A stretch of DNA of 62,937 nucleotides, counting the filler, from Octopus bimaculoides (taxonomy: Eukaryota): assembly GCF_001194135.2 (NCBI RefSeq). It is 5 parts of 5 records of this genome, joined end to end, with 100 filler letters (N's around TTAATTAATTAA, not from the genome) between each part and the next. Parts side by side here need not be neighbours in the genome. Positions count along the whole stretch, not along the records: positions 39,285 to 54,666 come from NC_068983.1; positions 54,767 to 62,937 come from NC_068994.1; 3 more parts are not named here. The stretch is one strand, 5' to 3'. How positions within the stretch are numbered: the stretch's first letter is position 1; every line of letters begins with the position of its first letter. The notes below the pieces were generated by a model. It was given only the letters and a program-made list of their open reading frames with translations. It made no database searches and had not been told where the DNA came from. A program made the position numbers and the translations under genes. Below are positions 46,826 to 60,195 of this stretch, in pieces.

Positions 46826-48407
46826 ATCATTTATTAAATTAAATATAAACCTCTTCACATCAATAACTGTTGGGTCTGTGTTTCTGTTAGAATTCATTAT
46901 TTTATCAGCAAGTCCAGCAGTATATAATATATCATCTCTATCTTTGTTCTTGAGTTTAAATCACACCAAAGTTAAAGTTGTTTGTATTCCTCTGGAGTCG
47001 ACGTAACACGTTTCATGTCGCCCACTGAATCGATTCTTGTGACTATACCCTAGCCCAGAAAATCTGATCTTCTTATGGTCAAAATAAATCAGTATTTTTC
47101 TGTTGTGAATGACAACTGAAAAAAAAATCATCAATTAAATAAGCATTTACGGCGGCGAGCTGGCAGAATCGTTAGCACGCCGGGAAAGATACTTAGCGGC
47201 ATTTTGTCTATCTTTACGTTCTAGGTTCAGATTCCGCCGAGGTTAACTTTACTTTTCATCCTTTCGATGTTTATAAAATAGGACGAGTTGAACATTGGGG
47301 TTGATGTAATCGACTTATCCCCTCCCCTGAACTTTTTGGCCTTGTGCCAAATTTGAAATCATTTAAGTAGGCATTACCGTGTATATATTTTAAAGAATGT
47401 GTGGATTTATAATGGTTTCAAATTTCGATGCAAGGCCAGCAGTTTTAGAGGAGGCGGGTAAGTGGAATATATCAACCCCAGTACTCGACTGATACTTATT
47501 TTATCGAACCCCAAATTAAAAATAGGAAAGTCAACCTCGGCAGATGAGCACCCAGAACATAAAGAGCCAGAAGAGATGCCGCTTAGCACTTTGACCAACG
47601 CGCTAATGACTGTACCCGCTCGCCGCCTTTAAGAAGAACTACAATGAAAATAGCGATAAAAACCGATATTTTAATTTCTATTAAGAAATGGATGCTGCCT
47701 CACTTTGGTTGTATTCAGTGGTTGAAAATAGTTAAAGTATAATAGAAATATGAAGGTTTAAAAATTGACGGGAAGCGTTAAATTTTCCATCTATTTCGGT
47801 TACCCAGCGTTTTTCTGTATCCAATGTTTATTTTAATTCAAAATGTCTATACAGCAAGATTCTGTTTTGTTTTATATGCGGTTTATTTATCAAACTTCAT
47901 GTCTCTCGATTATCGTAATCTTTCCTTATTCTTAGGTGACTCTTAATCTGCATTTGATTTCTATAAAGAAATAATCCTTTCTACTATAGACACAAGATCT
48001 GAAATTGTTGGGGGGAAGCTAGTTGATTACATCGACCCCAATGTTTTACTGGTACTTAATTTATTGACCTCGAAAGGATAAAAGGCAAAGTCGACCTCGG
48101 CGGAATTTGAACCCAGAACATAGCGACGGGAGAAATACCGCTAAACATTTCGTCTAGCGTGCTAACACTTCTGCCAGCTCGCCGACTTTTTTTCTATAAG
48201 GAAATAATATGACGCAAGGGTACGTTTGGCCTATACCAGACATTTTAAGAATGAAATTATGCTCCACAGTGGGGTATTTTGGTTGCCAGATGTGCCCATA
48301 TTTTTAAGACTGAATCCTCAATAGAAAAAAGTACATTTAAGTATATTAATTAAATTATCAACATGGACAAAATAGTAAACAATTTTTTATGGGACCAGAG
48401 AGAGATG

Positions 48408-48466
<59 letters not shown>

Positions 48467-51059
48467 TTAAGTATTAGTTACTGCAGTACAAGGCTGATAC
48501 TTACTGAAACGATATCGGAAGGATAATATGCAAAATTAACCTCGGTGGGGTTCGAGCCAAGAGCTAAAGAGATGTAATTAATTTTTGTAACACATGGTTT
48601 TCCCGGTGAATCTACCGATTCAGCTAGTCCTCTGCTGTAATCTTAATATATTATATTGCAAATGAGACTGGAATGACAGAAACGGAATTGTCTTCATTCT
48701 TTCAACACCTTCACCCACTTCCGACCCGAATAAATAAGTACTGGGCTCTATCCAATGTACTATACCCATTCCCTACAAATTTTGGCATTGCACCAATGTG
48801 AGAGACCGATAAATTGTCATAAAAGTTAAAGGCGACACGAATAGCTTCAAAACAAAAACGAGACATGTCAGATGTAATAAATTGTATATTTAAAATTTAT
48901 TTTTTATTACCAATACACTCACACCTAGTTTTTGTTTCATCTGAAAACTTATTTATATTTATACATGAAAGAAAAAAGAAAAAAAGAACCACGAATTTCC
49001 TTTTTTTTTTTACTTTAGCAATTCGTAAATAATTTGTAGTGAAGGGGTAAGGTCGCTTGAATCAACGCCAGGGTTACATAATGCATACATACATATACAT
49101 ATCATCATCATCGTCGTCATCATCGTCATTATCATCGTCGTCGTTGAGGTCGTCGTTGTCGTCGTCATCATCATCATCATCATCATCATCCTCATCATCA
49201 TCATCATCATCCTCATCATCATCATCATCATCGTCATCATCATCATCATCATTACCATCATCATCATCTTAATTATGTTGGAAGAATAAAGAGTTAATTT
49301 GAACATGGCATGATCTTTGTGTAAAATGTAGAGCGACAAATCTAAATATTACAAAGCATTCTATCCCTGCATTGTAAATAATCTACACACTTTTCCTCAT
49401 CCTTGGCTATTATATCGTAAATTTCATGATTTTTCAAGACTCAATAGCAGCGTAGAGAGAAATTTCCTTTACTAGAAATTCTAACCATGGACTGTAGGAA
49501 CTTACTGTTTCCCCTACGACTTCCCTTTAAACGAATATATAAATGATAATTGCTTATTTATTTTGATTGAGTTATTGGATCATTGAAGATGACATCGTGT
49601 TTGAGTAGTGTGCATGAAAGACAAACCAGTATATTCTATACCATCAAAGTCGTTCATATTGCTACTCACGTAATTGTACATCGGTAATATATTTGGATGA
49701 AGACCTGCGTTATAAACTGTTAGTCGAAGGTTCAAAAAGTTTATATCACTTTATACAGGTTGTATATCAATGTGCATAATACTTAAACATAAGACAGTTC
49801 AGATTAGGTAGTTGTAAAAGACAACGTGAGCTTGTTAAACTTCATTTCCAAAGCTTAACATGAGGCTTGCAGTGTTGAATTGAAGACCTACGGTTGGTGT
49901 ATCTTGGAGAGGGACGGATTCCACTAAACAACTTTACTAAACAATACCATATCAAGGATAACCGTGGTTAAACATCAAATAAATTAGATACACAACTTGA
50001 GAAATTTGTCTCAAAATGTTTGTCTCAAAGCAACGTAAAAGGTCATTTGAATTCATTATATCGCGCAATCATAATGATCGCTGCCGCCGCCGCTAATACC
50101 GCCACCAAGACCCCCNNNNNNNNNNNNNNNNNNNNNNNNNNNNNNNNNNNNNNNNNNNNNNNNNNNNNNNNNNNNNNNNNNNNNNNNNNNNNNNNNNNNN
50201 NNNNNNNNNNNNNNNNNNNNNNNNNNNNNNNNNNNNNNNNNNNNNNNNNNNNNNNNNNNNNNNNNNNNNNNNNNNNNNNNNNNNNNNNNNNNNNNNNNNN
50301 NNNNNNNNNNNNNNNNNNNNNNNNNNNNNNNNNNNNNNNNNNNNNNNNNNNNNNCTGTCACCACCACCACCACCACCACCACCACCGACAACGACAACGA
50401 AAACAACGACAATACTATCACTAGTATCGCTAGAGATGTGGTGACGTTTGAGGTGGTTTCTGGTAACGAGTCCCTTTTGCCCTGTATTGGGCTGACCATG
50501 GGCTATGCAACAACAATACTCTTTTGATCTAATGAGTTAACCAGTGAAGTCGCTTGATCCGCAATAAGTAGCAGCCAAATCTCTCTTCAACCATACCTTA
50601 CTGCTATAAATAAGGACGAATAACAACATTATTTTCACCATTATTACCGCTATCTACACCTGAATGCTTAATTCGAGAGGCTACGTTGATGCTTTCAGAA
50701 CAAAGACCCTCGCACGATCATAATATTGTTATTCAATTGGTTAATATATTGTTAGTGGTTTCACATAAGATATGGTTAGAAGGGAAAACGGACATTGGAA
50801 CACCTGGCATCTTTTTTCATCCGCGCCATCAGATCACGGATGATGCTTGACTTTCTTTTCAAGTACTATGTACTCGTAAGGGAATTTCTATAGTAGCAAA
50901 AATACTAAAGTAGATTCTTGATAACTCCCTTCAAAAACACTGTTCTTCGTCCAGACAATAAGATGCTATGTTGGTATGCCAAAATCAGAACTAGAACTTA
51001 GGCAATTTAGTATTTCACAATATCTGAGTCACCCATAAGAACAATAGTTGAAGTTATAA

Positions 51060-51290
51060 TTAATCTTTAAGCGTTTTAACTGGCCACATCAGGTCCAAAT
51101 ATTCCACCTGTTTTGTGTTCAAATCAGCCAGATCTGACCTCTCACACCTACCCTACAATATCATTCTAAAAATAAGCAATCACATTATCATTGAAATTTC
51201 AAAGCTACGAGATAATGTTTGATTAATTCAAAACGATGTGAATAAATAAGCATTACATGCAACAGAGTAATCTGAATGCTAAAATGTTAA
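51060..51290. mobile_element. Degenerate TTAA-flanked MITE
   Basis: Ends TTAATCTTTAAGCGTTTTAA and CTGAATGCTAAAATGTTAA resemble CCCTTTAGCA-type TIRs. Confidence 0.55.
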
Positions 51291-52759
51291 GAGTACAATT
51301 GCGTCTCCTTTCGATTTTCCGTTCAAATATTTTTTTGAAATGATAGTCGTCTGCTTTCTACAATTCACCTACAATGCATGACTATGAGTTATATACTGGA
51401 GATAGTTCATTCTCTTATAAAGTGTGTGAGAAATTGTCTTGTGTCCCATGAGAATGAGCTGAAAGATAGCATAGCCAATAAAATAAGAAGTGGGCTCAGA
51501 TCAAGCTGTGCTCACAGTTCAGTTTCGATTTCATATTGAATTCGCTTCATTTTATTTGCACTTCTCTTATGTGTTTGGAAAATCTCTACGAATCCGGAAT
51601 TCTTGTCGAGAGATCGACAAGATATAAGGGGATGGAAAGAAACACTAAATATGGCGGCAGCGTTTGTCAATAAAGGCAAAAGCGAAACCACATCGTAGCG
51701 GGTATACAAAGGCATGATAGCACAAAAACAATAACAAAATAAGTTTCGATGACTAATTAGATCCCTTATATAAGCAATACGAAACTGCAATCGTCAGCAC
51801 CATCTCTATAACAACAACCACTGCTACCACCATGACCATCACCTCTACGACTATCCATTATTAAATACGATACCATACACACCTAACAGCATATAACGCT
51901 CAATCAGCCACATAACCAACCAACCAACCGACCAACCAACCAACCGACCGACAGACCGACCGACCGACCGACAAACCAGCCAACCAGCCAGCCAACACCA
52001 CAACTTTCACATAAGGCACATTAAGAGAAAGATTAAAAATACAATGCGATAGAATAAACCCTCAAAACACACGCATGCGCACACATACAGACACACATAT
52101 ACACACGCGCACGCACACATCCGTGCGCACAAACAGAAGCATACATATATAAGACAGACACACTCACACACACACACATACACAGCCACGCACACGTAAA
52201 TTTACAGGCATACACACACACATTCGAAATGGCAGCGAGCGCTAAATAATTAAAAAAAAAATAAAATAAACAAATAAATGAAACTACGTTGCGGTGTCAT
52301 GCCTAAATGTGAGTTTGACAAATAAATTCTGCCACCCAGGTTGCTAGAAGTGATGAGAGCAATTTTGTGTCACGTCGATTCAAGAATATTATCGTGAACT
52401 TCGTCAACATTCTGTGAAATTCCTGCGAAAAATATTGGAAACCCCCACCAAGTTAAAAAAAAGAAGAAAAAGAATAAGACAAAAATAAGTATGAAAAACA
52501 AGAAAAAATGAAACAGAACTAACAGACGAAATGAAAAAGTAAAAAGACAAAGAGGGAAAAAAAAACATGAAGAAAGGACAAAGAATTATGAATGAAGAAA
52601 TTGGGATAAGTTAAAAAAAAAATAGAAGTTTGAAAAGTTAAATAAATAAATGAATAAATAACAAAAGAAAGAAATAAGAAGCAAAGAAAGAAAGAAACGA
52701 AGAATTTGAATAATGAAAGGTGGGGTGGGGGTGATAGTGCAGCAGTAGTCGTAGAAGCT

Positions 52760-52776
52760 GTGGGCGATGATGATGA

Positions 52777-52812
<36 letters not shown>

Positions 52813-53024
52813 TGATGATGATGATGATGATGAAGATGACGACGATGATGATGATGATGGCGGTGATAATGGTGATGCTGATAGAAATTATGAGACAAAG
52901 CAAAGTAAAAAAAAAAAGGACTACTTCCAAAACGAGTTACAAAACGAGTCGTACGTAATGTCACGTACGGAGTGTTAAACCATGTTGATGATGAAGACGA
53001 CGACGACGATGAGAATGATGATAT

Positions 53025-53056
<32 letters not shown>

Positions 53057-53908
53057 TTGATGATAGGGATGATTTTATTTTCTTTTTTTTAATTTTGTTT
53101 TTGTTTTTGGTGGGATGAGAGGTCAGATTAAATAGATGTTTATAATTATAACATAAAGAAAAAAAAATTAAATAAGTGAAAGTTAATGGTGACAACAACA
53201 ACAGCAGCAGCAACAACAACAACAACAACAGCTGAGAAAACAACAGTAATAACAACAACAACATTGATGACGATATCAACAACAACGAGCATAAAACAGA
53301 TATTCATACACACACNNNNNNNNNNNNNNNNNNNNNNNNNNNNNNNNNNNNNNNNNNNNNNNNNNNNNNNNNNNNNNNNNNNNNNNNNNNNNNNNNNNNN
53401 NNNNNNNNNNNNNNNNNNNNNNNNNNNNNNNNNNNNNNNNNNNNNNNNNNNNNNNNNNNNNNNNNNNNNNNNNNNNNNNNNNNNNNNNNNNNNNNNNNNN
53501 NNNNNNNNNNNNNNNNNNNNNNNNNNNNNNNNNNNNNNNNNNNNNNNNNNNNNNNNNNNNNNNNNNNNNNNNNNNNNNNNNNNNNNNNNNNNNNNNNNNN
53601 NNNNNNNNNNNNNNNNNNNNNNNNNNNNNNNNNNNNNNNNNNNNNNNNNNNNNNNNNNNNNNNNNNNNNNNNNNNNNNNNNNNNNNNNNNNNNNNNNNNN
53701 NNNNNNNNNNNNNNNNNNNNNNNNNNNNNNNNNNNNNNNNNNNNNNNNNNNNNNNNNNNNNNNNNNNNNNNNNNNNNNNNNNNNNNNNNNNNNNNNNNNN
53801 NNNNNNNNNNNNNNNNNNNNNNNNNNNNNNNNNNNNNNNNNNNNNNNTATATATATATATATATATATATGTATATACTATATATATATATATATACTAT
53901 ATATATAC

Positions 53909-53946
<38 letters not shown>

Positions 53947-54250
53947 CATACATACAAACACACTCACACATACATAGATACACACACGAAGAACACCTTT
54001 ATTTCAGAACAACCAATAAATTAAATAATAGCGACATCAAAACCAATAGAAATTACGACATCGACGATGACGATGATGACGGCGAGAAAGGCGATGACGA
54101 AGATCACCATGATGATGATGATGATGATGGCGGCCAAGGTGATGACGACGACGACGACGACGACTATGGCAACGATGTTGATCACTGTGACGATGATGAT
54201 GATGGTGATGATGATTCTCCTGATGGTCTTGATGATGACGATGTTGAAAA
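52760..54250. repeat. (GAT/GAC)n and (AAC)n triplet fields
   Basis: Seen directly in the sequence; no splice-supported exon. Confidence 0.85.
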
Positions 54251-54633
54251 CTTTGGACAAAGAATAAGAGAAAATAATAACAAAATACGAAGAAAAGCGC
54301 TTCCACAGAAATAATGAAAGAATGGAATAAATTATATATGTTTGTCTTTGTGTGTGTGTGTGTGTGAGTGTGTGTGTGTCTGTGTATGTATTCACACTTA
54401 CGCTCATTATATATGTTTTACATGTATATACTCACAGATAAACGTATGTATGTGTATACACACACACACACACACATATATATAAATATAAACATATATA
54501 TATACGTATACATGTATATATGAACATATATATACGTATATAAATACATAAATACGTATATATATGTATATATATACGTATATATATATATATATATATA
54601 TACGTATATATGTGTATATATATATACGTATAC

Positions 54634-54666
<33 letters not shown>

Positions 54667-54766
54667 NNNNNNNNNNNNNNNNNNNNNNNNNNNNNNNNNN
54701 NNNNNNNNNNTTAATTAATTAANNNNNNNNNNNNNNNNNNNNNNNNNNNNNNNNNNNNNNNNNNNN
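54667..54766. other. Artificial scaffold spacer
   Basis: N44-TTAATTAATTAA-N44. Confidence 0.95.
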
Positions 54767-54806
<40 letters not shown>

Positions 54807-54807
54807 C

Positions 54808-54838
<31 letters not shown>

Positions 54839-54918
54839 TATATAAAGATATATATATTCATATGTATACGTACATACGCGCATACGTATATATATATTTA
54901 TATATATATATACATACA

Positions 54919-55000
54919 AAGCTGATGAGCATTCTCCATATCGAATCTATTAGTGGCACAGTGTAGATTTGTAGGACATTCCAAAGATTCTCCATCTGAG
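54919..55000 (+). mobile_element. Third REL-type C-terminal tip
   Basis: [25 protein letters not shown], homologous to the two fragments above. Confidence 0.55.
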
Positions 55001-56879
55001 ATTCTTTTTATGAACAGATGCATACATTTGGTTGTGTGCATCAACAGTTCAACTAACATACAATTTCAACGACATATTTACAAACATCAGGAACCTCCTT
55101 ATCTCCAAATCTCTTGTCGTTTTGCGAGTGTCCTACTTGAACCCTCTTAAAAACTTAAATAAACTTAAAGAGAATCATACATACATACATACATACATAC
55201 AAGCAAACATATGCAGGTGCCCACATGGTGCATGGTTTGCACGGTTTCCCTTTAGCATGGTTTTGGTGATTCCGTTATTTTATCTTAAGCCTTATGTACA
55301 CAGAATCAACGCTGTCGTTTTCGTCTCAATTTTTCTTCATTATATTTTTGCCTTTCTTATGTGTCAGAACAATTAATTATTATTATTTGTTAATATTTTA
55401 ATGCATTAATATATTCAAAATTGAATATATTAATATTAATTTCAAATATCAGCGAAGTCAATTAAACTTAACCACTGCTCGATTCGTTTCATCGTCTTTT
55501 TCGCACTAACCAAAAACCGGATGCGTCTGTTCACCTCCAACGATTCGGGAGCAGTTGCCTATGTCATTCTATAATGGTTACCTCTAAAGAGCGCAGGGTT
55601 ACATAATCGGACTGTTACATAACACTCCTACTGCGAAAGTGATCAGTAAGATCAGCCGTAATGAATATATAATATTGTATTTACACACACACACACACAC
55701 ACATGCGCTTTTATCCCCTTCTGGGAAACGTGGGGTGCAACTGCCTGCTTATATATATANNNNNNNNNNNNNNNNNNNNNNNNNNNNNNNNNNNNNNNNN
55801 NNNNNNNNNNNNNNNNNNNNNNNNNNNNNNNNNNNNNNNNNNNNNNNNNNNNNNNNNNNNNNNNNNNNNNNNNNNNNNNNNNNNNNNNNNNNNNNNNNNN
55901 NNNNNNNNNNNNNNNNNNNNNNNNNNNNNNNNNNNNNNNNNNNNNNNNNNNNNNNNNNNNNNNNNNNNNNNNNNNNNNNNNNNNNNNNNNNNNNNNNNNN
56001 NNNNNNNNNNNNNNNNNNNNNNNNNNNNNNNNNNNNNNNNNNNNNNNNNNNNNNNNNNNNNNNNNNNNNNNNNNNNNNNNNNNNNNNNNNNNNNNNNNNN
56101 NNNNNNNNNNNNNNNNNNNNNNNNNNNNNNNNNNNNNNNNNNNNNNNNNNNNNNNNNNNNNNNNNNNNNNNNNNNNNNNNNNNNNNNNNNNNNNNNNNNN
56201 NNNNNNNNNNTATATATACAGGTATATACATATAGATAGAGAGAGAGAGCGCCAGAGAGACAGACAGACAGAGAAGGAAGGGTGACAGAAAGCCATCTAA
56301 ATTAAATTTCATTCGTAAATGATGAGATAGCACATGATACCACAAAAAATACCGTTAACGTTTCCGATTGTAAACAAATCGTTCGTTCGCTTATCTGCAA
56401 ATCTGTGCACCGCTTTTATTATTCTAACTTGTGTGTGAGAGAGAATGTGTGCAATTCTGTGCATCAGTATCTTTCTCTGTACGTAAATTTAATATGTATG
56501 TATGTTTGTATGTATATTCTTTTCTGTCTCTAATTAAATTCTTCCTCTCAGGAAGGAGCTAGTTTCTAACAAAGGAACAAAGCTCCATCGTTGGAATGTA
56601 GATAACAATAAATAATGTCACATTTTAAACTTCAGAAAGTCTTGCATATTTTTACTGTTCCACTTATAGATTGTATTTGTAATGAACGAGTTGTTTGGTT
56701 TATTTTTCTGAAAATTTTAGCTTAACCAGTTAGACATTTACTCTCGAAACGAAGTGCATTAGTTATCATTGATATGAATGTGAATCTGTGTGTATGTATG
56801 TATGTATGTATGTATGTATGTGTGTGTGTGTGTGCATCCTCGCTGACAGACAGATAGGTAGATAGATAGATAGATGCTG

Positions 56880-57213
56880 AGACCTCTTCGGTCATGACTG
56901 ACCATGGGATTGCACCTAGAAAGTTACCCTCCCAGGCAAAAGTCCGGGCAAGGTTGTTTATGGAAGACCAGCAGTCGCCCATGCATACCAGCCTCCCCCT
57001 CTCCACGCCACCAGTGTTATCCAAGGGAAAGGTAAAAGCTGATACAGCTTGGCACCTGTGACGTTGCAACTCATTTCTACAGCTGAGTGAACTGGAGCAA
57101 CGGGAAATAAAGTGTCTTGCTGAAGAACACAGCACGTAGCCCGGTCCGGGATTCGAACTCACAAACTCACGATCGTAAGCTCGACGCTCTAACAACTGAG
57201 CCATGCGCCTTCA
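56880..57213 (-). mobile_element. tRNA-SINE family C with V/Meta-like central domain
   Basis: GGCGCATGGCTCAGTTGTTAGAGC...GAGTTCGAATCCC head, then AGCAAGACACTTTATTTC.CGTTGCTCCAGTTCACTCAGCTG; relatives at 43580-43860(+) and 60770-60950(+). Confidence 0.8.
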
Positions 57214-57214
57214 C

Positions 57215-57251
<37 letters not shown>

Positions 57252-57639
57252 NNNNNNNNNNNNNNNNNNNNNNNNNNNNNNNNNNNNNNNNNNNNNNNNN
57301 NNNNNNNNNNNNNNNNNNNNNNNNNNNNNNNNNNNNNNNNNNNNNNNNNNNNNNNNNNNNNNNNNNNNNNNNNNNNNNNNNNNNNNNNNNNNNNNNNNNN
57401 NNNNNNNNNNNNNNNNNNNNNNNNNNNNNNNNNNNNNNNNNNNNNNNNNNNNNNNNNNNNNNNNNNNNNNNNNNNNNNNNNNNNNNNNNNNNNNNNNNNN
57501 NNNNNNNNNNNNNNNNNNNNNNNNNNNNNNNNNNNNNNNNNNNNNNNNNNNNNNNNNNNNNNNNNNNNNNNNNNNNNNNNNNNNNNNNNNNNNNNNNNNN
57601 NNNNNNNNNNNNNNNNNNNNNNNNNNNNNNNNNNNNNNN

Positions 57640-57958
57640 GAAATTAACGTGCAAATGGCTGAGCACTCCACAGACACGTGTACCCTTAACGTAGTTCTCA
57701 CGGGGATTCAGCGTGACACAGTGTGACAAGGCTGACCCTTTGAATTACAGGCACAACAACAGAAACAGGAAGTAAGAGTGAGAGAAAGTTGTGTGGGAAG
57801 AGTACAGCAGGGTTCGCCACCATCCCCTGCTGCAGCCTCGTGGAGCTTTTTAGGTGTTTTCGCTCAATAAACACTCACAACGCCCGGTCTGGGAATCGAA
57901 ACAGCGATCCTATGACCGCGAGTCCGCTGCTCTAACCACTGGGCCATTGCGCCTCCAC
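57640..57958 (-). mobile_element. tRNA-derived SINE with a distinct body
   Basis: GGCGCAATGGCCCAGTGGTTAGAGC A box and TTCGATTCCC B box, followed by a non-tRNA body. Confidence 0.8.
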
Positions 57959-60163
57959 ACAGGGAATTAATTAAGAACTTTAAAACATTTTATCAGATGC
58001 TTTGCCGAAACTGTCATCCGCTGTCTCTTAAGCTGCGAATATTTAAGAGCCAGAGAGAGAAACTTAACCTCCTAGAAATAGTAATGAAATCTTTAATTCA
58101 TATCTTGTTTTCTTAAAATAAACGGAGCGAAAAACATTGTCCAAATTATACGAGTAAGTTTTTCAAATATTTTTCTTGGGACCCAGTCAGATTATCATGT
58201 TACTATGCAGTATAAATGACCGGGTTCACAATGATATCCCTGAACGGTACGCCGGTACGTTGCAGAATCCAAGACCGGTAATTTTGTGGGGAAGAAACAA
58301 TTCGACAACGTCGACCCTAGTATTTAAGGGTGAAAAGCAAAGTCGACCTTGCAGGATTTGAACTTAGAACGTAAAGACCCGAAAGAAACGATGCTAAGCA
58401 TTCTTTCTGATACTCTAATGATTCTGCCAGAACGCCGCTGTAGTTGAATAAATTATATCTAAAAAAATAAACATCGGGATGCTCGTGTGAGGAATGCTTT
58501 TGCAGTTAAAGAAAAGCAGTAAAAGCAACAGCTTCAAACACATCGTCTGCTACTGACATATTTCTCTTTTTTTTTCTTTTTGCTTTGTTTTTGCACCGTA
58601 CGTCTGTAAGAGACTATCTACAAACGAATACCGCAGTATATTCGGTTTTCAATGATGTGTCTATTTTAAGTAAGATACACAGAATGCTGCTTTTTAACTA
58701 ATGCTGCTTCTGTCGCATATTACTAACTTTTATTCGGCCTGCTGGCAATTTATGACACCAGTATTTTTTTCAGTCACTCTTTTACCACATCTTTAAGAGC
58801 GGATTTTGTCTTAGTATGTTTTCACTGACGAAACTGAAAGAGCCAGAAATGCGCATTTTTTCGCTTCCTACATATATATTTTTGTGTTTTTCACACTGTA
58901 CGTCTATAAGACCTACTATCTCTGGGACAATACTGAAGATTACTAGGCATTCAACGATGAATTTGTTTTAAGTATGATACACAGATTCCTACTTTAGACG
59001 AATACTCCATCTGTCCCACATAACGAATTTTATCTCAGCATGAAATTACAAGTATTAGGCGTTATTGACGGAGTTCAACGAAGAAGAAATGCACATTTAG
59101 GAATGTTAGCAGCTACTGATATATTTTTGCTTTTAATACCGTACGTCCATGATAACAACTATTTTGTGACGAATGACGCAACTTATTAGGCTTTCAATGA
59201 TATAGCTGCTTTAAGTATAGTAAACACTTTGCTATTATAAACTAATACTATTTCTTTTGTACATAAAGAATACACAGTTATATGTCAATTATAAACAAAG
59301 CCTGAACCTTGATGAAGTTCGCATCAGCGCATAGCACAGTGAATGTCATAATAGTATACTATACGAGTATCATAAAGATCTTGGTTTTGCTTTTAGTTTA
59401 ATGTTCCATTGAAAATCGCTATCAATACTTCATAAGAGCTTTGTTAAAATTAGAATGATTTAAAATGTAAAATTTCCACTTTACTCTTTATTAATTTTAT
59501 CATTTCACAAGTCCTCCGTGTTTGCGTAATACAAGCGATAAGGCCATATGATTGAATAATTTCATTTGATCGATGGTGTGTTGTATAAATTAAATTAAAA
59601 TAAAATATTTCTAGCGTTACTCTAGAAGTAATTTAGTAATTGTAATTTGTATATTGTAAACACGGCAGATTAATTTCAAAAAAAAAAAAGAAAAGAAAAA
59701 AAAACGAAAGATCACCACGATTTCGACCCGACTGAGTTTCATTCAACCTCAATGAGGTTATAAACCGTTCATGCNNNNNNNNNNNNNNNNNNNNNNNNNN
59801 NNNNNNNNNNNNNNNNNNNNNNNNNNNNNNNNNNNNNNNNNNNNNNNNNNNNNNNNNNNNNNNNNNNNNNNNNNNNNNNNNNNNNNNNNNNNNNNNNNNN
59901 NNNNNNNNNNNNNNNNNNNNNNNNNNNNNNNNNNNNNNNNNNNNNNNNNNNNNNNNNNNNNNNNNNNNNNNNNNNNNNNNNNNNNNNNNNNNNNNNNNNN
60001 NNNNNNNNNNNNNNNNNNNNNNNNNNNNNNNNNNNNNNNNNNNATATATATATATATATATATAATATAATGTAATATACATATATACATAAATATCTAT
60101 GTATACACATATATGCATAGATAGTCATACAGATATATATAAACACACACAACTACATATATG

Positions 60164-60195
<32 letters not shown>

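Larger units (their letters stand above)
9290..58440. mobile_element. Dispersed family B SINEs at 9290-9490(+), 26461-26672(+), 42985-43160(-), 47170-47360(+), 47410-47620(-), 47975-48185(-), 58250-58440(-)
   Basis: Same consensus as the 24.5-25.4 kb array; the coordinates span scattered copies. Confidence 0.8.

Noticed and set aside
52706-54314. Poly-Asp ORFs suggesting an acidic biomineralisation-type protein
   Set aside because: (GAT/GAC)n fields with no supported splice sites; similar runs occur elsewhere in the window, for example as RTE tails
57880-57958. Possible tRNA gene (also 57140-57213 and 43590-43660)
   Set aside because: A and B boxes are present, but the 3' acceptor strand is replaced by SINE body sequence
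804-60152. Many long ORFs in the ORF track that span X runs
   Set aside because: They are open only because N gaps contain no stops
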